64,000 nucleotides of DNA from an uncultured Verrucomicrobiae bacterium (GTDB lineage: Bacteria > Verrucomicrobiota > Verrucomicrobiia > Chthoniobacterales > JAFAMB01), in the NCBI GenBank assembly GCA_963762565.1, contig CAVXLD010000010.1, forward strand, positions 1 through 64,000. Reading direction: 5' to 3'. The notes under the pieces were generated by a model. The model was not told the DNA's origin and made no database searches. It saw nothing but the letters and a program-made list of their open reading frames with translations. Below are positions 1-14,400 of the stretch, piece by piece. Positions within the stretch are counted from its first letter, which is position 1. The number at the start of each line of letters is the position of its first letter. Both the position numbers and the translations under genes were made by a program.

Positions 1-41
1 AAAGACACCTTTTTTCTTTCTTTGCGCCTTCAGGTCTTTAA

Positions 42-329
42 GTGAGATTTGGACTCAAGTTTACAAGGTTAAGGCGGTCATCCATAAGACTGAAGAGGGC
101 GGTTTTGGGGCGAAGTCCCGGCACTTCCAGGATGTTTCACCCAAGGCGAGACAGTGGAGGAGCTGCGGCCAATCTGAAGGACGCTATCAGACTCTGGCTA
201 GAGGCCGGGGAGCCGAAAAAAAACGAGATCGAAGATGAACATTGCTCATTTGAAAGGGACATTGTAGAAAGAGTTCACTCCAAGCATCAGTCACAGAATA
301 GCCTCTCAAACAATTCTTCGGCCTTTTGA
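42..329 (+). pseudogene. HicB-family antitoxin (frameshifted)
   Basis: Reading across frames gives KAVIHKTEEGGF.GEVPALPGCFTQGETVEELR.NLKDAIRLWLEAG, the HicB N-terminal signature. No hicA is visible in the window. Confidence 0.75.
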
Positions 330-530
330 GCGCCTTCCTTTGTTAACACGACGGATTTGTTCTTATTCCTCGGGTCAAAGACGAACCCTTTCTCGTCTAG
401 CCGATTCAGCGCTTCCCAGTCGTGGCTCTTCCCTGCTCGTGTTACGGGCGATTCGTTTGCCCTCGCTGAAACTGCTTAGGAATAAGAGAGCAAGGACAGC
501 ATCGTCAATCTTGCCGAGGTTAGGTTTCAC
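287..530 (-). pseudogene. DUF6429-like small protein (one frameshift)
   Basis: Manual translation: VKPNLGKIDDAVLALLFLSSF...TRAGKSHDWEALNRLDEKGFVFDPRNKNKSVVLTKEGAQKAEELFERLFCD*. The span is 244 nt, which is not a multiple of 3. Confidence 0.65.
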
Positions 531-699
531 GGACGCAATTTAACCGCGAATGAACACGAAAAACGCGAACAAAGGATCGATCCGCGGGAGCGAACCGATC
601 AACCCGAATGGCAGATCGGGCTTTTCGCTTGCCTGGACACGGCCCGGGCTACTGGTTCAACCGCCTTAATCTAACAACTACAACTATCGACCTGTCCCC

Positions 700-823
700 T
701 AGATGTCGCCCTAATGGCTCTCTCGGCGCGCGTCACCGAGAACCCGCATTTGCCTTCCGTGAAGCTGGTTAGGAATTACAAAGCGAGAACTGCGTGGTCG
801 GATTTGTCGAGGTCGGGGTTCAT
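700..823 (-). pseudogene. second, degenerate DUF6429-like 5' fragment
   Basis: MNPDLDKSDHAVLAL*FLTSFTEGKCGFSVTRA parallels the N-terminus of the 287-530 gene and contains an in-frame stop. Confidence 0.5.
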
Positions 824-859
824 GGCGGAATGCAGTCAGAAACGCGCGAGCAAGAATAC

Positions 860-2344
860 TCAGTCTGCCGGAACAAACAGGCCGAGACCGAAGTGGCAGG
901 AATGGCCGAGAGCGCGTGGACCGGTAATGGGCGAGGAAAAGGTGAGCCGAAGATGATGGCCGCGCTGGCGGTGTTGGTTTTGTCGCCGCGCTCGGAGCGA
1001 GGTTGATGGATTTTGGCCCATTGGCTGCGCAGGATTCGATGACGGCACCCTCAGTGGGAAATCCGTGGTTCCGCAGCTCACGCAGCACTTGCGCTTGACT
1101 GACTTACCCGGCTTTTCATCCCGGCCGATCGAAATGTGCTGCGGTGGGACGAAGGGCGTATAGTTTTCCAAGTGGTGAATTGCTGCCCGGAACAACCCGG
1201 ATGGCGGCTTAACCGCGCTGTCCAGCGGGACGAGATGAACACGCCAAGGGTCTTTACTGCTTTCGTTATAGCCGAGACTCATCGGCTCCTCCGCCACTGC
1301 GAGCAGTGCCTCCTGTTCCTCATGCGAAAATGGCGTGCGCCGCCAGGCGAGCAGGCGCGCGGCTTTTCGCGTCGCGGGATCGAACCAGAGCGCGAAGAAG
1401 GCGTGCTGATGCCCTTCAATCGGTTCTCCGTTCGCGCTCTTGCCGGTGAAAAGAGCGACTTCGTCTTTGCGTTCGCTGGAGGTTTTCTCCCATGCCTCGC
1501 CGGCGAGCATGCGATCGCGCCCCCCGGAAGCGATTCGTAAGGATCGCCGCGGAATCGATAACCGGCGACACGCGTGAGCCGATTGCGAATTGTACAAAGC
1601 ATGTCTCAGGTAACCGGCGCGTGGGCCTCTTGGGGATTTCGCGCAGCGACGGGCGGGGCGGCCGCTCGGCAAAACGCCACACGGCGCCCGGCGGCACGGT
1701 GGCCTCAGCAATCGCTGGATCATCGGTGCTGCGCTCGATCTCAGCGAGCGTCGCGTCAAAGGTGGGAAAAAGAACGGGTACACTGTGTGCGCAGCGCTGG
1801 AGTGATGAGAAACAGTTCGGCTCCGGAGGTTGCGTCCGGCCGTTGGCACGGTGCACGAGCGTGGTCGATTCAGCGCGGCCGAAGTAGGCCATGCGCGAGA
1901 CAAGCATCGAGCAGATGCTCGGCAGACTCGCTCCAATGCTCGCCGTCGATAAACCACCAAACCGCATCTTCGGTGCTCCAGTTACCCAGCAGTCGTCGAG
2001 ATTCTTGGTCGTGGCGTGCGCCATGTAACCCGGCTCTTTGGCCGACTTCGGCACACGACTGAACTCCGCCGGTTGAAATTGCCGTATGCCGGGGCCGCGC
2101 CACGATTGCGCCGGTGATGCCAGCGAATCGAGCTGGTGCAAAACGCGCGCACCAGTTCGACCCGATCAGTTACACTGAAAGAAGGCTCCTCCCGTGCAAA
2201 TTGATGGCTGCGGGCGATCAGCGCGCGGATCTCGCCACGGACTCGGCGGCCATTCACCATACGGGTCATCGAATGGAAACGCCTTCCACGGGTTGGCGTG
2301 AAAGCGGCCGAGCGGGAAGCCTGCTCGAGGATGATGGTAGCCAT
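860..2344 (-). CDS. csb2: type I-G CRISPR Cas5/Cas6 fusion Csb2 (frameshifted)
   Basis: The N-terminus FPLGRFHANPW...GEWPPSPWR..RALIA and the C-terminal Cas6 glycine loop GPRALGHSCHFGLGLFVP lie in different ORF pieces. Last gene of the operon. Confidence 0.85.
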
Positions 2345-2350
2345 CGCGCT

Positions 2351-3489
2351 TCACTCGTCGGCTGTCTCGCTGGATTCCTCGTCCGGCTCTTCCGCCCCGG
2401 CTTCGCTCTTTTCGCTAGTAGCGGTCTTCTCCTTTGCCTTCTTGAAGATTTCGTCTGCAGGCCAATAGACCTCGGTCACTCGCTCCCCCGACTTCCGTTC
2501 GTCGCCGGCAAATGCCGCTGTGATCGCTGCGGCAATGTCGATGTTAAAGTCGTCGATCTTGGGATCGACAGCGGCGCCGGCGTCTGTCCCTTACATCGTC
2601 TGCACCTCCAAATCGCAACGCGAACGATAGCGGAACGGTTTGCGCAAGAGCCGTCCAATCTTCCAAAGAGCGAGTGCGAGTAGGAGCTCTTTTTGGGCAT
2701 CGGAGAGGCCGGTCTCCCCTCCCCCGAACGACCGCAGAAGACCCAAGTCAATGATGAACGTCGCGCGGATTTCACGGGCGGTTTCTTCATCCACGGCGAA
2801 GATCGGCTGGCCAGAGGTCGTCATCAGTAGCTTGTCAAATTTCACGCCCGCGCTTGCCACACGCGCCACGCCGAAGGCCTCCAGATGCGCAGTAAGAACG
2901 CGCGGGATTTTGATGCCCATCGCTGGAAACAGGATGCCATGAACAAGCGAGTTCGGGTCGTATTTGAAAATCGTCCTGAACACGCGCCACCAATCTTCCG
3001 GCAGCGGGTGTGAGCGCTTGCCGAGATCCTCAAGACCAAACTCGCTCTGACTGGGTACGGAGATTCTTGTCGCCGGGATTTCCGCTCTCGATGAGGCGCG
3101 ACTTCGGATCAGTGAACAGGCTCGAAGCGATCCGATGACCTTCGGAAAACGTCGTGACGACGAGTTTCCGCGAACCAGGCGTCTGACCGTTGTCGGTGAC
3201 GCATTCGACATACGGCAAACCCACGAGTTCCGGCGCGAGACCCGCGCCGAACAGGCCTCCCATGCACACCGTCTCAAGGTGATTCGCCATGCTCGCCGCG
3301 CTATCGACGATGCAGACTTTCTCCGGGCGGCCATCGCTCGCGAGCTTCGGCGAATCGTAAATTACGTGACCGATCTCCGGGAAACCGGCGGGCGAAACGG
3401 TCCACGCCAGCAACCGGCTGGAGGGTGGCTTGGAGGGTAAGACGATGTTCGCCGCTGGCGAGGAGCGCGGCGGGATCAGGGGGTCTCAT
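2351..3489 (-). CDS. csb1: type I-G CRISPR Cas7 (Csb1) (frameshifted)
   Basis: Motifs PAGFPEIG, CIVDSAASMANHLE, SEGHRIAS, IFKYDPNSLVHG, KIPRVLTA, GVKFD and RYRSRCDLEV. ATGA overlap with the upstream gene. Confidence 0.85.
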
Positions 3490-5588
3490 GTTCGTGTTTG
3501 AGGTTGGGCTGGTGATTGCCACCGGCGGAATGACCTGGCGATTTGGTCGGAGCGGACAGGAATCGAAAGCGCCGCGAGAAGCCATTGCGCGCGCTCGACT
3601 GTGAACTCTTGCCAGATTGGAAAATCCGCAATCGGCACGGCAAGTCGCGCATAGGCGCCGCGGGCGAGGCTCCACGCACCGGCGACGTCGCCTCGGCTGA
3701 GCATCGCCGAGATCGGACGCAGTGGGCCGGCTTTCAACGGCTCTGCAATCTCCGGCTTGCGGATCGCGTCGAGCGCCACCGGATCGAACAGCGGGCGGAA
3801 GAAGGCGTAGAAGCTGTGGAGCGCGTGCACGGGTTCGTTTGTCCGCGCTTTAGGTTGCGAGAGATCGCGGGCTGACCAATCGAAGAGGCAGCACCGGTCG
3901 AGCCAGCGAGCGAGCGCCGCTTCGTCGATCTCGCCGTTGAGCCAGTCAGCAGATCCGCATACGTTGCGTGCACGGTTGCCTCGAACGGCGGCAGCGCGCC
4001 TTCAGGCGTCTCGACCAGACGACGTTGAAGGACTGCGCAAAGATTCTGCGGCAGCATGACCAACGACCATACGCGCCGGAAAGGCACATTCTCCGGCACC
4101 GACCAGAATCGCCCCGCACCAGCGACGCCGAGGCGATAGGCGAGAAAAATCGATGGCGCTCTTTTACGCATCTCCGCAGTGGGATTCTTCGGCCGAGCTT
4201 CCGCAGTGAGGCGATCGCCATTGCAAGGCGTGACTCGCGAACCCGCTCGTGTCGCGCACGAGCACGCTGAGCCACGCTGGCGGCAGCAGTTCGAAGCGGA
4301 CATTTTCTTTGCGAGATTGCTTGTTGCGGTCCACGCGACGCAACGCGCCAAAAAGCGCGTCGATGAGCGCCAGCCCGCGCTCGCCGCGCAATTCGTCGCG
4401 ATTACCCGCTTCCGCGAGCTCAACCAACGCGCGATCCACTGGACCCTGCAATCCGCGATACACCCAGCGCTTGCCTTTCTTGACGTCGCGCGGCAGCCGA
4501 TCGCGCAACGCAAGCACTATTCGCACGGCGCGCGAGGGGACAGCGTTCTCTTCCGATACAACCTCGATCGTCGTGCCAAGCTGCGACTCGAACGTGTTTT
4601 CGCTCGTCGTTTTCAGCAGCAGGAAGCGCCGGAACTCAGCGATCCCGAAATCGACGCCACGCTTCATGATTGCAGCCGCGAACGCGGCGGGCGTCAGCGC
4701 GCCGCGGCCATCGATCTCGGCTTCTGCTCGCTGAAAACCGCCAGTGATCTCAGCGAGTCTAAGCGGACGCAAGCAGACTGGTGCCCAAAATTCGCCGAGG
4801 ACACGGCCGACCTCTTTTCGTTTTCCGGTGCCGCTGCCTGCGTGATAAAAGGAAACGCGCCGGTCGCGCGGCGATGCGCGCCGAGCTGTCGGGATGGCGC
4901 GCCTGCGAGGACCGGGAACGCTTCGCACGCCAGCAGCATCGCCCACGGTGTGACCTGACCTTCGCGAAACGGACGTTCCATCCCGCTGTTGAAGATTTTG
5001 TTCGCCGCGCTGAACCAGCTCGCCGCGTTGAAATCGCCGAGGCAAAAGCAGGGTCCGCCGGAAAGAAAAGCTACGAGATCACCGCGTATTTTTCCACCTC
5101 GCCACTGTCTCGGCGGAGTCGCTACTGTCGCAGCGGCCCTTTCCCAGCCTGCGGCGAAAAGGCGCTTGCCCGAGTTGCCGCCGGTGCCAAAGAGCGGATT
5201 GAAGCTCAACCGTGCGCCGGCGGCGAGATGCGACTGAAATAGCACCGCTTCGTTTTCCACGCGCGCGCGCGCCAGAGAGCGGAGTTGTCGGCGCTCTTTG
5301 CTTTCGTGTCTTTTTTCTGAAACTCGTCCCACGGTTTTCCATAAGGCGTCCATTCCCGTGCATCGCCAATACTTGCGAGATACTCGACCACTTCATCGAA
5401 GCTGCGCGGCCCATCTACCAACAAGAACCCTCCATTGCGCCAGCACCCTCGCACTACCGTCCATTTGCGCGCTGCGAGGCGGAGCAGGCCGAGCGCGGCG
5501 AGATAGTGGCCAAGCGCATCGAGGTGCAGGCCTGGCAACGGCACGACGGATACCGATCTTGCAAATCGAGTCGTGAGAGGCGCTTGAT

Positions 5589-5592
<4 letters not shown>
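3486..5592 (-). CDS. csx17: type I-G large subunit Cas8g (Csx17) (frameshifted)
   Basis: LPGLHLDALGHYLAALGLLRL..VRGCW, FNPLFGTGGNSGKRLF, VTPWAMLLACEA, GEFWAP and RGVDFGIAEFRRF match Csx17 motifs. Confidence 0.85.
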
Positions 5593-8472
<2,880 letters not shown>

Positions 8473-9049
8473 ACGCAGGAATCACCTCGTGCGACTTGGA
8501 GCAATCGATCTCCAGCCTGGAGACGAGAAATTTAAATGGTTTGATCGAAACCCGGTTCTGGGCGACGGCGGGGAACATACGGCAAACTGCGTGCGAAAGA
8601 ACATCAGAAACGGATTCACAGATAAAGAAAAAAAGTCGACATTAGGTCGTCACGGGCTCTGATTGGGCGTGCCGCCGGTGCCTTCCTGCCAGCCCGATCA
8701 AGGGAAAAGCCAGACTTTGTTCCGGGGGTTTACGCTTCTCTTTATTATAGTAATTCTTTTGCTTCTTCCGGTTTCGGTTTCTCTTCATTTTTCCAAGACT
8801 ATCCCAACGGGGGCTAGGACATCGACGGGGGGAGGGTGTGAAGAATGTGAGAGGTGACAAGTGATTGGTGATCTGAGCGGATCACGTTGCCGCTGGCGAA
8901 CCCGATCCGGGCCTGCTGAGCTTGTCCTTGGAGATGAGTACCCCTGCTTGCATCGGCGATTTTTCTTAGAGTAATTTAATGGCGTGAGCGCGATGGAACG
9001 GTCCGAAGAAGCAATTAGCCAACTCCGGTCCCAAGGGCAACGATTCCGG

Positions 9050-9484
9050 CTACACCGAACTCGGAGCAATATCTAGCCGCTCTCGGCTGGCAAGATTTCT
9101 CTGCCTTTTGTCGAACGATACGAATTGTTTGCACCCGATTGCGAGAGCTGTTGCCACATGAAGAATGTCCAATGTTCTCCCGAGCGTCAAAGCAGCATGC
9201 CCGGATAATGATTCTGCCCGTTAAACATTTCCGCAAACTCAGCCAAGATTTCACGCCGTCCTCCGTCGATGTAGTCCTGGAACAGGCGTAGTGAAGTCCG
9301 CATCCCGGATACAGTGATTCCCCTCGTCCGCATTTAGGCGCAAAGCACTACGAATCTCGATACCGTGTAGATGAGTGAAAGGAATAGGAGGCTTTACCTG
9401 CCGGATCAAGACGAGAGCCTGGGCAGTACCAGGCTCAACCGCATAAGCTTTCACCAGAACGCCGGTATCGAAATACCTCTTCAA
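9050..9484 (-). CDS. vapC: VapC/PIN-domain toxin (frameshifted)
   Basis: MKRYFDTGVLVKAY...LHGIEIRSAL, and in a later frame RTLDILHVATALAIGCKQFVSFDKRQRNLA, giving the PIN acidic motifs. Confidence 0.85.
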
Positions 9485-9727
9485 TATTCACCTCTGGCCT
9501 CGTCAATGATTTCGGAGACTGCTTTACCCTTCACAACCCTGGGGCCAGATCGATCGTAACCGAGCTTCGAAATCCGGCCATTCCAGTGGTCCACGTTTTG
9601 GGGCGGCCGGTTTAAGGGTGGCAAATAGTCGACCCCGTTTAGTGATTTCAACGGCTTCGCCGGCTTCAATCCACTTAGAGATTCGCGCGAATTTATTCCG
9701 CAGATCGGCAACCGATGCTTGCTTCAT
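9481..9727 (-). CDS. Phd/YefM-family antitoxin (one frameshift near the 3' end)
   Basis: MKQASVADLRNKFARISKWIEAGEAVEITKRGRLFATLKP; overlaps the PIN gene start. Confidence 0.85.
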
Positions 9728-10359
9728 GATAGATTTCATATCATGAAGCGTTAAACAGCACAACGAACCTGGCTAACAGGGCGTGGCCTCCTACGGCTCC
9801 ATTCCCCATTCTTCGTTCGAGCCAGGGAGTTCCATCCGTTTGTTCTCACGACGGACGACGGGAACGCTCGGCCGGTCCATCAAGTAGAACGGATCAGTGT
9901 CGGCGAAAAGAGCATCGTTCTGATAGGGGTCGACGATCTCATCGAAATTATTCCTGGCAACCACATCAGCTCGATCGCGATCACTTCGGCGGCAGATGTG
10001 GACCCAGCCTGAGCCATCCCAACCAGAGCCTCTAGGCCAGAGCGTAACATCCATCAGTTTCTGGCAACGCCATCAATCGAAAGAGGAGTTCACCTGAATA
10101 GACTGATACCTGGGAAACCGAAATGCTTGATCCAGCGCGCTCACATAATGGCTCTGCCAAAAAAATAAAGTGGCAAAATAGAGCGCGGCGCCAATCCAAA
10201 GAGGAACCGAATGCATAAGACAACGTTTATTGGGGGGATACGACTTGATGAAATATAAACGGAATCAACCGGTCTTGGCAAAGGAGAAATGGCCGCAAAA
10301 AGGCACAAAAAGCGCAAAAAAGATACCGAACCGACAGGAGGGCTAGAAAGACAAACCAA

Positions 10360-11210
10360 TTTCACAGCAAGGCCACAAAGGCCGCAAAGATAAGGACTTG
10401 CTAGCCGTCGGAAGAATCAGTCTTAATTCCGGTGAGGATTCCTCTTTCTGAGCTCTGCTTCTTGCTGCTGGTACCGTCTGTATTTTTTGCGCTTTTTTGC
10501 GCCTTTTCGCGGCTATTAGTTTCTTCTCTTTTATGGTCCGGATCTTTGCGTGGGATTTGTATTCTAGCCTGGTAGGCTTATCGTCTCGACTATGCTCGAC
10601 TGGAACCAATGCCCAGTGGTGGAGCGCGGACCCGGCAAGTCTAGGTGTATGTGGCGGTTCAAGGGCACCCATGTACCTGCTACGTTGCTTTTCGAGAACC
10701 TCGAGGATGGCGCGACGGTGAATGATTTCTTAGAGTGGTACCCTGGGGTAACTCGAGAACAAGTCCTCGCTGTTCTGGAGTTTGCTGAGCGTAGCCTGAT
10801 CGATGAGTCGTCCCTGCAGTCTTTCTTACAGGGAAGCAACCGAAGCTGACCAAAGGTTGAGACCGCAAGGTTCCCCGGAAATTCCGTCACAGAAGATCAC
10901 AGCGCGGCAGAGCCGCAACCAAACAAAATCCTCGCGCAAATATGCAAGAGACAGCAAGACCGAAGATTTCCACAACAAGGCCACGAAGGCCGCAAAGACA
11001 GAGCCCTTTTGATAAAAAATAGCAGAGTTCAGAATCAAACCTTTGTGGCCTTTGCGGCCTTGCTGTGAACTGTTCTGTTCTTTCGGTTTGGTGACGGTTG
11101 GTCTCGGGTGCGCAATGATGGTTCCGGGCTAAATCCTCGGGAAAATGAGCGAAGCTTTCTTGCTGTAGTACAAAGCGGCGAAGCCGAGACCAAACAAAAT
11201 CCTCGCGCAA
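10360..11210. repeat. cluster of intergenic repeats (CAAGGCCACRAAGGCCGCAAAG in direct and inverted copies; AAACAAAATCCTCGCGCAAA x2)
   Basis: Copies near 10368, 10976 and 11041 (inverted); the second motif is at 10921 and 11191; a related copy is near 58490. Confidence 0.7.
10592..10849 (+). CDS. DUF433-domain protein (VapB45-like antitoxin family)
   Basis: WRFKGTHVPATLLFENLEDGATVNDFLEWYPGVTREQVLAVLEFA. Confidence 0.85.
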   Translation: MLDWNQCPVVERGPGKSRCMWRFKGTHVPATLLFENLEDGATVNDFLEWYPGVTREQVLAVLEFAERSLIDESSLQSFLQGSNRS

Positions 11211-11458
11211 AGGAACGCAACGGGAAGGGCTGAAGTCGAGTGCCGCTCCACGCCAATTCAACTCCGGGTTGAGACCTCCGCGACCTTTGCGCCCTCTGTG
11301 CGATGCTAAGGCAGTTTTTCGCTCGTCTCCTGACATACTGTTGTCAGGAGTCAATCATACAGTCGTCGTCGTTGGTGCCACGAGCGGATGAGCGGAAGCT
11401 CGTGCCTACGAACTAGACTAGCAACCGTTACCGGCCCGTACTACGTTCCGATCCTTCT

Positions 11459-14400
11459 ATGGGGAAAAATGCGTCTACTACCGCGATCGTGATCCGAGGC
11501 GCACGGCAAAATAATCTGCAGGGGATCGATCTGGACCTGGAGCTTAACCGGCTCCACGTGGTGACGGGGCCGAGCGGTAGCGGTAAATCGAGTCTCGCTT
11601 TCGACACGATTTACGCGGAGGGGCAAAGACGGTACGTCGAGACGTTCAGCCCTTATACGCGTCAGTTCCTTGAACGGATGGATAAACCCTTGGTGGACGA
11701 GATCCGGGGTATTCCTCCTGCCATTGCTATCGAGCAGGCGAACCGTGTCCGGACGACTCGTTCGACGGTAGGCACAATCACCGAGATCAATGATTATCTG
11801 AAATTATTGATGCCTCGAATCGCGCACGCGTTCTGCCCTGAATGCGGCCGCGAGATTGTTCCCGAGACCGCGGAGAGCATCAGCCGGAAAGTAGCGAATG
11901 AGCTTGCCGGTAAAAGCGTCCTGGTTTGTTTCAGCGTAGCTGCTCCTCCGGGAACCCAACCGGCTGATTTTTTTTCGTTCCTGAACCAGCAGGGATTTCT
12001 CCGGGTTTGGTTGGACCGGAAAGTATTGCGAACCGACGCCCCGCCCGCGGTCGAGCGCGTCCCGGCCATGGTGCCGGTGATTCAAGATCGTTTGACAGTA
12101 GATGCTAAACCGTCGGCGCGTTTAACCGAGGCGATCGAACAAGCGCTAAAATACGGAAAAGGCCGGGTCAGCGTGGTCGAAGTGGAGAGCGGCCGCCGGG
12201 AAAGCGACACGGAGAATGGGCGAAAGGGCGATACGGCGAAGGCTGTGTCGCGTTCCACAAAGGTCGGCCTCGCAAGCCAGGCCGCTCCAGAACACAAGTT
12301 TTCGACCGGATGGCATTGCCCGTACTGCGACCTCGATATTCGCGCTCCCTCGCCTGGCCTCTTCTCATTTAACAACCCGTTAGGCGCCTGTCCTGACTGC
12401 CGCGGATTTGGGCGCACCATTGGGATCGATTTGAATCGAGCAATGCCGGATCGGCGTCTGAGTTTAGCCGACGGCGTGATCAAGCCATTTCAGACCGGCA
12501 GTATGAAGGAGTGCCAGCGCGACTTACTCAAATGCGCGGCCCAAAGGGAAGTCGATATTCATGCCCCGTTCGAGGAGTTGCCGAAAGCGGATCAAGACTG
12601 GGTCATCGAGGGTGAAACCCGCCCGGATCAAACCGCGGAAGAAATTTGGGAGAGCGGCGGCTGGTACGGGGTTCGCGGGTTCTTCGACTGGATGGAATCG
12701 CGGGCTTATAAGATGCATGTCCGGGTGTTCCTAAGCCGGTACCGCAGTTATACGCTTTGCCGTACTTGCCAGGGTACGCGCTTCAAGCCCGAGACACTGA
12801 ACTTTAAGGTCGTCGTCGGGAATGACCGATACACCCTGTCCGAATTGCAACAATTGCCGCTCGATACTTTGAGCGACGTGATGGTCCAACTAAAGGCCGC
12901 CTCGTCCGAGCACACATCAGAGATTCTATTGGAGCAGGTCGTTTCCAGGGTGAGCTACCTCCTTGAAGTTGGGCTCAGCTACTTGACTCTCGATCGATCG
13001 ACCCGTTCGCTTTCCGGCGGTGAACTCCAGCGCGTAAACCTGACGACCTGTTTGGGTGCATCACTGGTTAATACTTTGTTTGTCTTAGACGAGCCAAGTA
13101 TCGGACTGCACCCTCGCGATATTCATCGCCTGGTGGGGGTGTTGACCGGGTTGCGAGACAAAGGGAATACTCTGGTGGTCGTTGAGCATGAGGAAGCAGT
13201 GATTCAGGCTGCCGATTCTATTATCGAGATCGGCCCAGGACGCGGCTCGAAAGGCGGACGCTTGGTTTTTCAGGGGCCTCTCCATGAGATCGATCGAGCA
13301 TTGCCCGATTCGCTGACTGCCGCCTATCTGACCGGCAAAAAGCGGATCCCCCAGCCAGAGAGACGACGGCAACCTAAACGGTTCATCGAGGTGGTCGGTG
13401 CTCGCGAGAACAACCTCAAGAATCTTACCGTACGGCTCCCTCTCGGCGTCTTCTGTTGTGTGACCGGAGTTTCCGGATCGGGAAAGAGTACGCTGGTGCA
13501 GCAGGTGCTCTGCGAGAACATGCTAGCCTTGAAAGGTAAACCCGGAGAGGAAGCTCCCGGGCTCTGTTCGCGGATCGTAGGTGCACATCAAGTCGACGAC
13601 GTTGTGCTGGTCGACCAATCGCCGTTAGCCCGTTCACCGCGGTCTACTCCGGCGGTTTACGTTGGGATATTCGACAAGATCAGGGATCTCTTTGCCGCCT
13701 TGCCGGCAGCCAAATCTGCCGGACTAACGAGTGGTTCGTTCTCGTTCAATTCGGGCAATGGCCGCTGCGAAAGATGCAACGGCTTAGGATATGAAAAGGT
13801 CGAGATGCAATTCCTGAGCGACCAATACGTGCGTTGCGCGGAATGCGAAGGAAAACGTTACCAACCGCACATCCTCGATGTGAAGCTGGACGGAAAATCG
13901 ATCTACGAGGTGCTGGAGTTAACCATCACCGAAGCGATCGCCTTTTTGGCTAGACAGTTGGAGAACAACAGCGAGGAAACCTCCAAGGTTCCGACCGAAT
14001 CGGCCTCGCAAGCGAGGCAGCGCTCCACGGATTTGTTGCGGCCCCTTCTCTTGTTGGAGAAAGTAGGGTTGGGTTATTTACGCCTGGGGCAACCGGTCAA
14101 TGTATTGTCGGGTGGCGAATCACAGCGCCTCAAGTTAGTCGGCCATCTCACAGAGAATCATCGATCAAAGTTGCGTTATCTTTTGATCTTCGATGAGCCA
14201 ACCACCGGACTTCACTTTGATGATATTCCCCCGTTGTTGCAGCTATTTCATGAGTTGGCGGACGGAGGGAATAGCATCCTGGTAGTCGAACATAACCTTG
14301 ATGTTATTCAGGCTGCTGATTATATCATCGATCTTGGTCCCGAGGCCGGACTAAAAGGCGGACAAATAGTGGCCGAAGGGACTCCGGAACAGGTAGCCAA

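Noticed and set aside
9791..10365. Short minus-strand ORFs upstream of the antitoxin
   Set aside because: Probably fragments of one frameshifted hypothetical gene; no family could be recognised.
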